From the NCBI RefSeq assembly GCF_023256435.1, contig NZ_JAGDXM010000032.1:3617-67616 (forward strand): 64,000 nt of DNA, given 5' to 3'. Source of the DNA: Thermoplasma sp. (GTDB lineage: Archaea > Thermoplasmatota > Thermoplasmata > Thermoplasmatales > Thermoplasmataceae). Shown here in pieces: positions 1-8,552 of the stretch; the stretch's first letter is position 1, and each line of letters starts with the position of its first letter. The position numbers were made by a program, and so were the translations under genes. Below the pieces are notes generated by a model. That model worked only from the letters and a program-made list of their open reading frames with translations. It was not told the DNA's origin and did not search any database.

Positions 1-1
1 A

Positions 2-439
2 TTCTTTGCTTATCCTTTAGCCGGATGGTATGGACAGAAGATAGGAAGACGTGAAGCTTGGGTATTGAGCTCAATATTAATGCCATTTTTTGCTCTAATA
101 TTCTATTTCATTGCTAAACCCGGCAATTTTGATTCTATCATGTATACTTATATACCCCTATATTTCTTCAGCAATGGAACGTTTGCGGCGCCCGGGTTCA
201 TGTATATATCAGAAAGTTTTCCAACGCGCGCAAGAGGAAGTGCCACTGCTTTTAGTATGGCTCTTATTGCTGCATCTTATGCTGCAGGTGGATTTCTTTT
301 CTCAGCAGTTCTTTCCGCAACCCACAATATCCATTTGACATGGTTAATAATTGCTGTTATTATTCCTTTCAGCAGCCTAATAATACTAGCAGGAAAGAAA
401 ATAAATCCAAACGCAGAATTAGAGTCTATAGCCTATTAG
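2..439 (+). CDS. MFS transporter, sugar-porter-like (C-terminal part; 5' end upstream of window)
   Basis: Frame is open from nt 2 (FFAYPLAGWYGQKIGRREAW...). Hydrophobic TM segments. 'YISESFPTRARGSATAF' resembles the sugar-porter E-x-x-P-x-x-x-R-G signature. Stop TAG at 437-439. Confidence 0.8.
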   Translation, partial: FFAYPLAGWYGQKIGRREAWVLSSILMPFFALIFYFIAKPGNFDSIMYTYIPLYFFSNGTFAAPGFMYISESFPTRARGSATAFSMALIAASYAAGGFLFSAVLSATHNIHLTWLIIAVIIPFSSLIILAGKKINPNAELESIAY

Positions 440-448
440 GTGATAGTA

Positions 449-1162
449 ATGGATCGAAATGAAATATTAAATTGGATTTTTAATAATGAAATAATTGATC
501 TATCTATCAACTTGAATAAATCAATGAGAACATACCCTACAGTTGAGAATCCAGAGTTTAAGAAATTACATATCACATCAACTGATGGTTTCCAAGATAC
601 TAAAATCTGCTTAAATACACATACCGGTACGCATATTGATGCGCCTTCACATATGATAGATGGTGGATTGGATATATCAGAAACAGCTATTACTTCTCTT
701 ATCGGCCGAGCAATCATACTCAATCTATCATATAAAAAAAGAAAAGAAGAAATAACAAAAGAGGATTTAATGAATTTTCATGAACAGATAGAAAAAAACG
801 ATATGATTATACTCTATACGGGATGGACTAATAATTACGATAGAGATTTCTATAGTACAGATTACCCATATCTTGATATTTCAGGTGCAACATACCTCTC
901 TTCACAGAAAATTAAATTCGTTGGAACAGATGGGGTGAGCATAGCCGGATTTACAAAAGATACAAATGATAATAACATCCATATTTTCAAGACACATAGA
1001 TTATTATTAGAACGGAAAATATATATAGGAGAAGAATTGAATACTACACAGGTCAGGTTCCAAGAGCAAGAAAGCTTCATAGAGGGAATCCTAATTGCTT
1101 TGCCAATAAAAATTATCGATGGTGATGCTGGATGGAGTAGAATTATATTTATAAAATCATAA
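449..1162 (+). CDS. Putative cyclase / kynurenine-formamidase-like hydrolase family protein
   Basis: 'HTGTHIDAPSHM' matches the HxGTHxDxPxH motif of the putative-cyclase family. SD-like AGGTGAT at 438-444, 4 nt before ATG 449 (the track ORF starts at GTG 440). The gene is very AT-rich. Confidence 0.75.
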   Translation: MDRNEILNWIFNNEIIDLSINLNKSMRTYPTVENPEFKKLHITSTDGFQDTKICLNTHTGTHIDAPSHMIDGGLDISETAITSLIGRAIILNLSYKKRKEEITKEDLMNFHEQIEKNDMIILYTGWTNNYDRDFYSTDYPYLDISGATYLSSQKIKFVGTDGVSIAGFTKDTNDNNIHIFKTHRLLLERKIYIGEELNTTQVRFQEQESFIEGILIALPIKIIDGDAGWSRIIFIKS

Positions 1163-1389
1163 TAAGAAATTTAAAAATTTCTAAAATTTAAATATCTATA
1201 TAACGATCTCTTAAGACTTTAAACAAATTGAAGTTTAAAGATATATTTTATTTAAAGCATTTAAGAGCCTGGTTATATGATTAGATTCTAATGGATTAGA
1301 AAGAGGATAAATATCTATATATTTTTAACAAATAAGATCTATGTTAATGAAGTTAGCAAATATTAAATAATGTTCTAATATACTTAATT

Positions 1390-2109
1390 ATGATACTTAA
1401 ATATGCTCCGAGGAATCTTGATGATAAATTTTCAATGGTATATTTCAGGATGACTCATGATAACTGCTGGAGCAGAATCACGGAAAACTACGATGTAATG
1501 GTACATACATTGAAACTTTTACCATTTAAGGACAGAGATATCATATATGGCCTATTTGAGCTTAAGGTTAGAGGTAAGCATACCCTGCGTGATTTTATGC
1601 GAGAATTAAGCAGATCCGGCACGGTGAAGAAACTTGTGGGACTCAGCATCAGTGAACTTAAGGGAAATGTTTACATAGTGGATCTTTACGAAACGTACAG
1701 CGGTATGATACAGGGAAAACTCAGTGACTACAATAGTATCTTTGACTTTGATCTTGTCAAACACGGCGTGGAGGAGAAATACGCAGTCATACCTTCAGAG
1801 AACGTGAACGATCTAAAGAACGAGCTGCAATCTCTAGGACACGTTTATGAGTTCAGGGCAAAATACTTCCCGAATTTCTATGAGGTTCTGATGCCCTATT
1901 TCAACTTCTCACCAATTGAGATGCAGATCATGCTGGAAGCATATAATCAGGGTTATTATGATATACCGCGGAGAGCAGGAATCAGGGAGATTGCTGAATA
2001 TTTCGGACTTTCCAAGTCAACCGTTCAGGAATATATAAGAAATGCGGAATCGAAGACCATGACGAGTATGAAGCTATTCAAGCTGATGAACGATCTCAAA
2101 AGACTATGA
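1390..2109 (+). CDS. HTH_10 (bacterio-opsin-activator-type) transcriptional regulator
   Basis: C-terminal 'GYYDIPRRAGIREIAEYFGLSKSTVQEYIRNAESK' is the Bat-type HTH_10 signature. N-terminal 'MVYFRMTHDNCWS' is typical of this family, so ATG 1435 is an alternative start. AT-rich promoter upstream. Confidence 0.8.
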   Translation: MILKYAPRNLDDKFSMVYFRMTHDNCWSRITENYDVMVHTLKLLPFKDRDIIYGLFELKVRGKHTLRDFMRELSRSGTVKKLVGLSISELKGNVYIVDLYETYSGMIQGKLSDYNSIFDFDLVKHGVEEKYAVIPSENVNDLKNELQSLGHVYEFRAKYFPNFYEVLMPYFNFSPIEMQIMLEAYNQGYYDIPRRAGIREIAEYFGLSKSTVQEYIRNAESKTMTSMKLFKLMNDLKRL

Positions 2110-2388
2110 CCTTCGCGAACGACTATGCATGAACGCAAACAGCATTTAAAGAGAGGTTATGGATTTGGGGAAGCTGTAATTCTTCTTCAGACAAGAGATG
2201 CACAGACATCCCCCAATGGAAATATTTATAGATAGTCTTCCCACATTCCTTTGCATCATCAACGATGACCAAGTGGATGATACTTGAGTGAGATCGAGGT
2301 GATCCGAAGCTTTAGCTTAGGAATAGCTCACTTGATATTCCATAGGCACGAAAAATGTATTACAAAAGATATCTGAAATTATAAGGTA

Positions 2389-2406
2389 TTGATCGTGCAT
2401 GATCAA
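2389..2406. promoter_or_regulatory. 18-bp imperfect palindrome TTGATCGTGCATGATCAA, candidate operator
   Basis: 8 of 9 symmetric positions are complementary. It lies about 115 nt upstream of the dehydrogenase start, inside the 390-nt regulator/dehydrogenase intergenic region. Confidence 0.25.
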
Positions 2407-2522
2407 CCTATGAACAGAAATCCTTGAAAATATGGATTCGTCCAATATACAGTTAATGGTCTTTCTATGCTGATGGTGGACGTTTCCGATTATACCTTTT
2501 TATGTGTGTTAAAAATAGTTAC

Positions 2523-3521
2523 ATGGCGATAACAACGAAGGCATTGATTTGGACCGATATTAAAAAGATGGCCGTTGAGGATAGAGAACCAGAAGATCCA
2601 AAACCTGGATTCGTCACGCTGAAGGTGAACTATGCCGGGATATGTGGTTCTGAACTGTCCGCATTCGTTGGTCAGAACGAACTCAGAAAACCTCCATCCA
2701 TAATGGGTCATGAATTCACAGGCAAAGTCGTCAAGGTAGGATCAGATTCAGATAGATATCTATTAGGAAAAAATGTTGCAGTGAATCCCCTTGTCACCTG
2801 TGGAAAATGCAGATACTGCAGAACTGGAAACAGACAGCTTTGTCCAGATAGAAAATTGATAGGTGTCGACTATCCCGGAGGCTTTGAGGAATACGTCAAT
2901 GTACCGGACTATTCATGCTATGAGATAGTGGAGAAACCTGAGGGATCGCTTGCTGAACCTCTTGCCACCGCGTTCAGAGCAGTATTCCATGCTATGCCTA
3001 AGATTGACGATAAAGCTCTCATAATAGGTGCAGGAACAATTGGACTGCTGTCTGCAAAGCTACTGGAGACTTATGGGACTGTTGATCGTGTTGTTGTAGA
3101 TATCAATGATTACAGGCTTGAACATGCGCTGCACTGGGGGGCCACAAAAGTGATAAACAGCAAAAAAGAGAAGAACATACCCAAGGACTTCGATGTCGTT
3201 ATAGATGCCGTGGGCACGCAGGATACAAGGATGATGGCCATCAGCTCTGTAGCCCGGGGCGGTCGAGTTGTCTTCGTCGGTCTGCATGAGCCGCAGGCAG
3301 CAGTGCCCGTCAATTATATGATAAGAAGCGAGATCGAAACCTACGGTTCATTCTGCTACTCTGATGATAATTTCAGGAGATCAGTCGATCTCATCAACAG
3401 AGGTTTTCTGGACATAAACGAGAGATGGTACGATATTAGACCCCTGGAAAAGGGTGAAGATTCCTTCAACGAGGAGCTTTCGCCAGATTCCAGATATTCG
3501 AAGATCATACTGAAACCATAG
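2523..3521 (+). CDS. Zn-dependent medium-chain dehydrogenase/reductase (sugar/alcohol/threonine dehydrogenase-like)
   Basis: 'GICGSELSAF' and 'GHEFTGKV' (catalytic Zn ligands), 'CGKCRYCRTGNRQLC' (structural Zn), 'IIGAGTIGL' Rossmann motif. The track ORF starts at ATG 2502; ATG 2523 (MAITTKAL...) is preferred. Confidence 0.85.
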   Translation: MAITTKALIWTDIKKMAVEDREPEDPKPGFVTLKVNYAGICGSELSAFVGQNELRKPPSIMGHEFTGKVVKVGSDSDRYLLGKNVAVNPLVTCGKCRYCRTGNRQLCPDRKLIGVDYPGGFEEYVNVPDYSCYEIVEKPEGSLAEPLATAFRAVFHAMPKIDDKALIIGAGTIGLLSAKLLETYGTVDRVVVDINDYRLEHALHWGATKVINSKKEKNIPKDFDVVIDAVGTQDTRMMAISSVARGGRVVFVGLHEPQAAVPVNYMIRSEIETYGSFCYSDDNFRRSVDLINRGFLDINERWYDIRPLEKGEDSFNEELSPDSRYSKIILKP

Positions 3522-3529
3522 GGATAAAC

Positions 3530-4390
3530 ATGAAGGTACTCAACTTCTTATCTGAACATGGTCCTGCGGGAGCGGTCGTCAGAGGCGATGCTATCTATCC
3601 ATTCAGCGAGATAGCCAAATTAGTGAGTAAATTCACCGATTTCAGTGTAACAGATGATCTCATTGCATCCGATATTGATCTTAACGAGGTGGATAGATCG
3701 ATAGAAGATCGTATTGATAAATTATCTGGAAAGAATATGAAAGACGTTAAGATCCTGTCTCCAGTATTGAGGCCGAAAAAAATACTTTGTATAGGTGTCA
3801 ATTATCGAGAACATGCCAAGGAGTCAAAGCAGAATGTAATGGAGTATCCCACCATATTCTCAAAATTTCCAGATAGCGTCATAGGCCCTGGTGAAAATAT
3901 AAGACCACCAAACGACGTTCGGCAGCTGGATTACGAGGGGGAACTGGTCTTGGTCGTAGGCCGCGAACACAATGAATCAGGGGATCGCATCTTTGGATAT
4001 ACCGTGGGAAACGACGTATCAGCACGCGATCTGCAGTTCAGGACGTCACAATGGCTTCTTGGAAAGGCCCTCCCCACCTTCGCACCCATCGGGCCTCTGA
4101 TCACTAGTAAAAACGAGCTGGGAAATGCTGGAAATCTTAGAATTCAGACGAAGGTTAATGGCCAGATCAGGCAGGATGGAAATACCGCTGATATGATATT
4201 CAATGTTCCGAAGATAATGGATTACTTGTCCAGATATTTCAGACTGGAGCCTGGAGACCTGGTGTTCACAGGAACACCAGAAGGAGTGATCCTCGGAATG
4301 CCGGAAGATAAGAGGGTGTGGCTGAAGCATGGAGATGTCATAGAGGTGGACATAACCGGCATAGGAACGCTCATGAACACGGTAGAATAG
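3530..4390 (+). CDS. Fumarylacetoacetate hydrolase (FAH) family protein
   Basis: 'ILCIGVNYREHAKE', 'LDYEGELVLVVG' and 'GDLVFTGTPEGV' are typical FAH/2-keto-4-pentenoate-hydratase-family blocks. Starts 8 nt after the dehydrogenase gene. Confidence 0.9.
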   Translation: MKVLNFLSEHGPAGAVVRGDAIYPFSEIAKLVSKFTDFSVTDDLIASDIDLNEVDRSIEDRIDKLSGKNMKDVKILSPVLRPKKILCIGVNYREHAKESKQNVMEYPTIFSKFPDSVIGPGENIRPPNDVRQLDYEGELVLVVGREHNESGDRIFGYTVGNDVSARDLQFRTSQWLLGKALPTFAPIGPLITSKNELGNAGNLRIQTKVNGQIRQDGNTADMIFNVPKIMDYLSRYFRLEPGDLVFTGTPEGVILGMPEDKRVWLKHGDVIEVDITGIGTLMNTVE

Positions 4391-4396
4391 TCAGGG

Positions 4397-5158
4397 TCAT
4401 TCTATCTGAAGCCCATCTATGGATGGATCATAGGCGGGCAATAAATTGCCTATTTTTTCAATTTTCTCGTATGCGGAAAGGCATTCATAGATATCCTCGG
4501 CTATTCCGATCGGGATCTTCCTGACGAGATTTTCGGCCTTGAATGACGCATCCGTGAAGACATATTTACCAGAATTCGTGTTTATTATAAATGCTACGGA
4601 TGATCTGTGATGGCATCCTACAGGAATGGCCCTTATACCCGGAACAAGCTCCACTTCCCCATCATAGAAAATCACATTTTTCCAGCCTGCGCCATAGATG
4701 AAATCAAAGATGTTCTTAGGTATGAAGAGATCTCTGTTGTGAAAATATGCAAATGCAGGAGCAGCTATGTCCTTTATCCATCCATCTCTGTATATGAATA
4801 TCTTTGATTTTCTAAACTCGTTGAGACGGCCGACTGTATAATCCTGGACAGGTGTGAACGCTATGAAGTCTATATCGTCTGGATCGAATCCAGCATTATG
4901 CATCACAGATATTGTGTCCAGGGATCTGAACAACGCCCTATCGCCGGCGAACTTTCTCATCTCCTCGTTTCTCAGGCTAAGATCAAGTGGCATTCCTGTA
5001 TTTATCATGAACGTACGATGATCATTGTATGCCAGCACGACGTGGAATGATAATCGCTCCCAGGTCCAGAAGTCCTTCATCCAGTAAACTTCTGCCCCCG
5101 GAACCTCGGATTCGCCAACCTTCAAAACCTTGATTGAATAAACTTCCTCAGAGGTCAT
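4397..5158 (-). CDS. AiiA-like metallo-beta-lactamase-fold lactonase homologue with degenerate metal site
   Basis: Block-wise resemblance to N-acyl-homoserine-lactonase-type MBL proteins: 'FMINTGMP', 'GFDPDDIDFIAFTPVQDYTVGR', 'VPGIRAIPVGCHHRSS', 'FTDASFKAENL'. The HxHxDH motif reads PVQ-DY. Overlaps the upstream dehydratase gene by 11 nt. Confidence 0.55.
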   Translation of the reverse strand: MTSEEVYSIKVLKVGESEVPGAEVYWMKDFWTWERLSFHVVLAYNDHRTFMINTGMPLDLSLRNEEMRKFAGDRALFRSLDTISVMHNAGFDPDDIDFIAFTPVQDYTVGRLNEFRKSKIFIYRDGWIKDIAAPAFAYFHNRDLFIPKNIFDFIYGAGWKNVIFYDGEVELVPGIRAIPVGCHHRSSVAFIINTNSGKYVFTDASFKAENLVRKIPIGIAEDIYECLSAYEKIEKIGNLLPAYDPSIDGLQIE

Positions 5159-6260
5159 ATCTTATCCCGAATCCTGCATCCTTTCCAAGCGTGAACCTTG
5201 CCTTGACAGGTTTAGGCACATTCACTATATGCTGTTCCATCCAGTCTCTGTATCTTGTCAGATACTCTGCCATGGGCGTGATGGCCTCAGGCTCAGAGGC
5301 TATGAAGTGAAGGTTGTATATATTTCCGGCGTGCGGAATGACCTGGGCGCCATAGGACTCAGCCAGTCCAGCTATCTTCTTCATCGGTGTTATTCCACCG
5401 ACCCAGGTTGCATCAGGCTGCAAAATCGTCACTCCTGCATCCAATAGGCGTTTGAAATCAAATACATGATAATGGTGCTCGCCTGCTGAGATTGGAATTT
5501 CCACCTTCCTCGTCAGCCTCGCATAGCCTTCGAAATCATCCGGTAGAAGCGGCTCCTCTATCCATGCAAGTTCATATTTTTCCAGAGCCCTTATCATTTT
5601 GTAAGCGAAATTGTAGTTGAGAGACATCCAGAAGTCTCCGGCTAGGTTAACAGAGTATCCAACGACATCCCTTATCACCTTGACAAGCTGCAGGTTCTTT
5701 TCCACTGCATATGGATCGGAAGGCGAAGCTATGAATCTCATCTTCATGTCCGTGTATCCCTCTTCGAGATAGCCTCTTGCTTCAGCTTCGAGATTTTCCT
5801 CCTTATCTGGATGCAGATGGCTTGCATAGGCCCTTATCTCATGCCTTGTGGAACCGCCGATGAGATTATACACCGGTACACCTATCTCTTTGGCGTAGGC
5901 ATCGTACATCAGCAGGTTGATAGCGCTTATAGCATGTAACGCAAGACCTGATCGGCCGTTTGGGAGCGTGATCCTGTAAAGGAAATCCCATGCCTTGCTG
6001 ATCTCTGAGACATCGAAGAGCTTTACATATTTTCTTATGCCGTCGAGATAGTTCCAAACAGGTTCAGTCACGGAGATTATGCTCTCTGTTCCATTCTCCG
6101 TCCTCATCTTTACAAAAACTATATTCGTGATCATAGCTGCCTCAGCAGGTGAAACCTCCCCTATCATCTCTTTGTAATAATCGGTTGGCTTTGTATATGG
6201 AAATACCTGCTGTGACACCTTTTCTTCTGTTATCTTTTCAATAGAAGCTATCTTGCTCAT
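5148..6260 (-). CDS. Enolase-superfamily (mandelate racemase/muconate lactonizing) sugar-acid dehydratase
   Basis: 'DMKMRF', 'AGDFWMSLN', 'LAWIEEPL', 'ISAGEHHY' and 'ILQPDATWVGGIT' are acid-sugar-dehydratase-type blocks. The track ORF extends to 6428, but its first 56 codons look non-coding. ATG 6260 (MSKIASIEK...) gives a family-typical 370 aa. Confidence 0.85.
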   Translation of the reverse strand: MSKIASIEKITEEKVSQQVFPYTKPTDYYKEMIGEVSPAEAAMITNIVFVKMRTENGTESIISVTEPVWNYLDGIRKYVKLFDVSEISKAWDFLYRITLPNGRSGLALHAISAINLLMYDAYAKEIGVPVYNLIGGSTRHEIRAYASHLHPDKEENLEAEARGYLEEGYTDMKMRFIASPSDPYAVEKNLQLVKVIRDVVGYSVNLAGDFWMSLNYNFAYKMIRALEKYELAWIEEPLLPDDFEGYARLTRKVEIPISAGEHHYHVFDFKRLLDAGVTILQPDATWVGGITPMKKIAGLAESYGAQVIPHAGNIYNLHFIASEPEAITPMAEYLTRYRDWMEQHIVNVPKPVKARFTLGKDAGFGIRYDL

Positions 6261-6499
6261 GATAATAACAAGATCAATCAATAAAATAAGGTTATTACCG
6301 TACTTGTCCACGAACGGATCGTTTATCTTATCAATATATGAAGACATGAAGAAGGGAACGCTGAAGATATCATGAAAATGCTGGCAGATCTTAGCTAAAA
6401 TATATGAGATGATATTCTCCGAATACAAGATTCTAATATACGATCATGAATCATCGCCATATTGGATAAGATTAAAGCCATCAAAGGGAATATGATAAT

Positions 6500-8062
6500 A
6501 TGATAAATAGAGACATCGCCAGAATCTTCAATGAAATAGCCTACATGATACAGGCCAGCGGCGATCAAAGATCCAGCTTTGAGGCGAATGCTTATCTGAG
6601 GGCTGCCAGGTCTCTGGAATCGCTTCAGGACGATATAGAAACAGTATACAGATCTGGCGGAAAAGAAGCGTTGATGAAGATACCTGGCATAGGTAAGGGG
6701 ATTGCAGACAGAATCGCAGAATACATCGATTCAGGAACCATAAAGAAATATGAGGATCTCAGAAAAAATTATCCAATAGATTTCGAGACTCTGACAAAGA
6801 TAGAGGGCCTTGGCCCAAAGAGAATTCTGATGCTGTACAGATCGATCGGTGTTAAGGATCTGAACGATCTGAAGAAGGCTATCGAAGATCATAGAATACG
6901 GGATCTCCCCGGATTTGGTGAGAAAAGTGAAGAAATCTTGTCCCAAAGTCTGAAGATCTATGAATCCTCAGCTGGCAGGATACCGTTACCCTTAGGATAT
7001 GCTAGAGCCGTTGAGATAAGAGATTATCTGATCCAGACAGGGCTTGCGGAGAGGGTAGAGATTGCCGGTTCAACAAGAAGAATGAAGGACACGCTGGGAG
7101 ATATTGATATATTAGCCGTCACGGAAAAACCCTTGCAGATGATGGATGCATTCACATCAATGCCCAAAGTAAAATCCGTGATCGCAAAGGGAGAAAAGAA
7201 ATCCACCGTTGCATTGGATATTGGAACAACTTGCGATCTGCGCATCATATCTAGGGAGAGTTTCGGCGCCGCACTACAGTATTTCACGGGAAGCAAGGAT
7301 CACAACATAAGGATGAGGAAGATCGCCATAGATCATGGAATGAAGCTCAATGAGTATGGTTTATTCAGGGATCAGGAAAATGTTGCGGCTGGACATGATG
7401 AAGATTACATATACAGGACGCTTGGCCTATCCTACATAGATCCAGAGTTACGGGAAGATAGGGGTGAGCTTGAGGCTGCCCAGATGGGCAAGTTACCAGA
7501 TATAGTAAAATACGATTCTCTAAATGCTGATATGTGCGTGAAATTCGATGTATCCAGAGCTCATGATGAGATGAAGAAATACGGATACGGTTATATTTTA
7601 GCCTATGATGGATCAGAAGATGCGCATGGGGTTTTCAGGATCAGAGCATATACATTGAATGGAAATTATTCAGTGCAGAAAACCGAAACCACATTCAGAT
7701 GCATCGATGCATCATCGTTCAAGGATGATGTTGATAGCCTTGTTAAATACATAAAGGATGAAAAAGTTCGTTTTCTGACCAATTTGGATGCTATTGGCAC
7801 ACCTGGTGAGGAAAAGGTGTCGAAGATAATAGGAGCATGCACAGCATCCAGATGTTCTATAATGATCGATTCTAAATCGATGAGGCCATCAAGTGATTTC
7901 CTGTTTTCATTGAGGAAAAACGACGTACGCATTGCTATAGCTTCTTTTGCGGGGAATCCAGATGAACTTTCCTATATACGCTTTGGTATAGGTATTACAA
8001 GACGCGCCTGGATATCAGCAGATAGGATAGACAATTTGCTATCTGTGGAAAAACTTGTATAA
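6500..8062 (+). CDS. polX: Family X DNA polymerase (Pol beta-like core + degenerate PHP domain)
   Basis: HhH motifs 'GIGKGIADRI' and 'GLGPKRILMLY'. Nucleotidyltransferase 'GSTRRMKDTLGDIDILAV'. 'YFTGSKDHNIRMR'. The C-terminal ~190 aa align with PHP blocks but lack the His/Asp ligands. Confidence 0.9.
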   Translation: MINRDIARIFNEIAYMIQASGDQRSSFEANAYLRAARSLESLQDDIETVYRSGGKEALMKIPGIGKGIADRIAEYIDSGTIKKYEDLRKNYPIDFETLTKIEGLGPKRILMLYRSIGVKDLNDLKKAIEDHRIRDLPGFGEKSEEILSQSLKIYESSAGRIPLPLGYARAVEIRDYLIQTGLAERVEIAGSTRRMKDTLGDIDILAVTEKPLQMMDAFTSMPKVKSVIAKGEKKSTVALDIGTTCDLRIISRESFGAALQYFTGSKDHNIRMRKIAIDHGMKLNEYGLFRDQENVAAGHDEDYIYRTLGLSYIDPELREDRGELEAAQMGKLPDIVKYDSLNADMCVKFDVSRAHDEMKKYGYGYILAYDGSEDAHGVFRIRAYTLNGNYSVQKTETTFRCIDASSFKDDVDSLVKYIKDEKVRFLTNLDAIGTPGEEKVSKIIGACTASRCSIMIDSKSMRPSSDFLFSLRKNDVRIAIASFAGNPDELSYIRFGIGITRRAWISADRIDNLLSVEKLV

Positions 8063-8164
8063 AACTGAAGATCCTGATCAAACTAGCCCATGGAAAGACA
8101 AGGACAGAAAATACAGTTTATTTTTCTTTATAAAATCTTAAATATTATAAATTAATTATTAAGT

Positions 8165-8527
8165 ATGGAACCTTTCTATTTTAAATCGTATGATCGCTTA
8201 ATTGGCATAGCGTGCGATGAGAAGAGTCTTCTTTATGAAATGAAATGTCTGAATCAATACGATGGCGCCGCCCTGTATTATCATCTGAAGGAAGGCCATA
8301 TAGCGACGTGGCTGGAATATATAGGGAGGAGGGATCTCGCTGACGCTATAAGATTCTCTGAAAGCGTAGAGGGAGCGATATCAACGCTGGAACGCATGAT
8401 CGAATCCAAGGGAGTGCATCCGCACAGGGGTAGGCCTAAGGGATCCGGCGGTGGCCGCGGCAAGGGGAGAGCAAAGAAAGAGGAGCCTGAAGGATGGAGC
8501 AATGAAGGCGGCAGAAATGTAGAATAA
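8165..8527 (+). CDS. Small hypothetical protein with basic AT-hook/RGG-like tail
   Basis: 120-aa ORF preceded by the TATA-like 'CTTTATAAAATC'. Globular N-terminal ~83 aa, then 'HRGRPKGSGGGRGKGRAKKEE'. Confidence 0.5.
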   Translation: MEPFYFKSYDRLIGIACDEKSLLYEMKCLNQYDGAALYYHLKEGHIATWLEYIGRRDLADAIRFSESVEGAISTLERMIESKGVHPHRGRPKGSGGGRGKGRAKKEEPEGWSNEGGRNVE

Positions 8528-8552
8528 ACGCAAAAAAGTGAATGCGGACATT

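Noticed and set aside
5148-6428. N-terminally extended versions of several track ORFs: 5148..6428, 19679..22411, 22976..23995, 61149..61952, 54829..55488 and 10940..11629
   Set aside because: The extensions overlap neighbouring genes or run through TATA-rich promoter DNA, and translate to implausible peptides. Internal ATGs give family-typical N-termini, several with SD-like GGTGA motifs.
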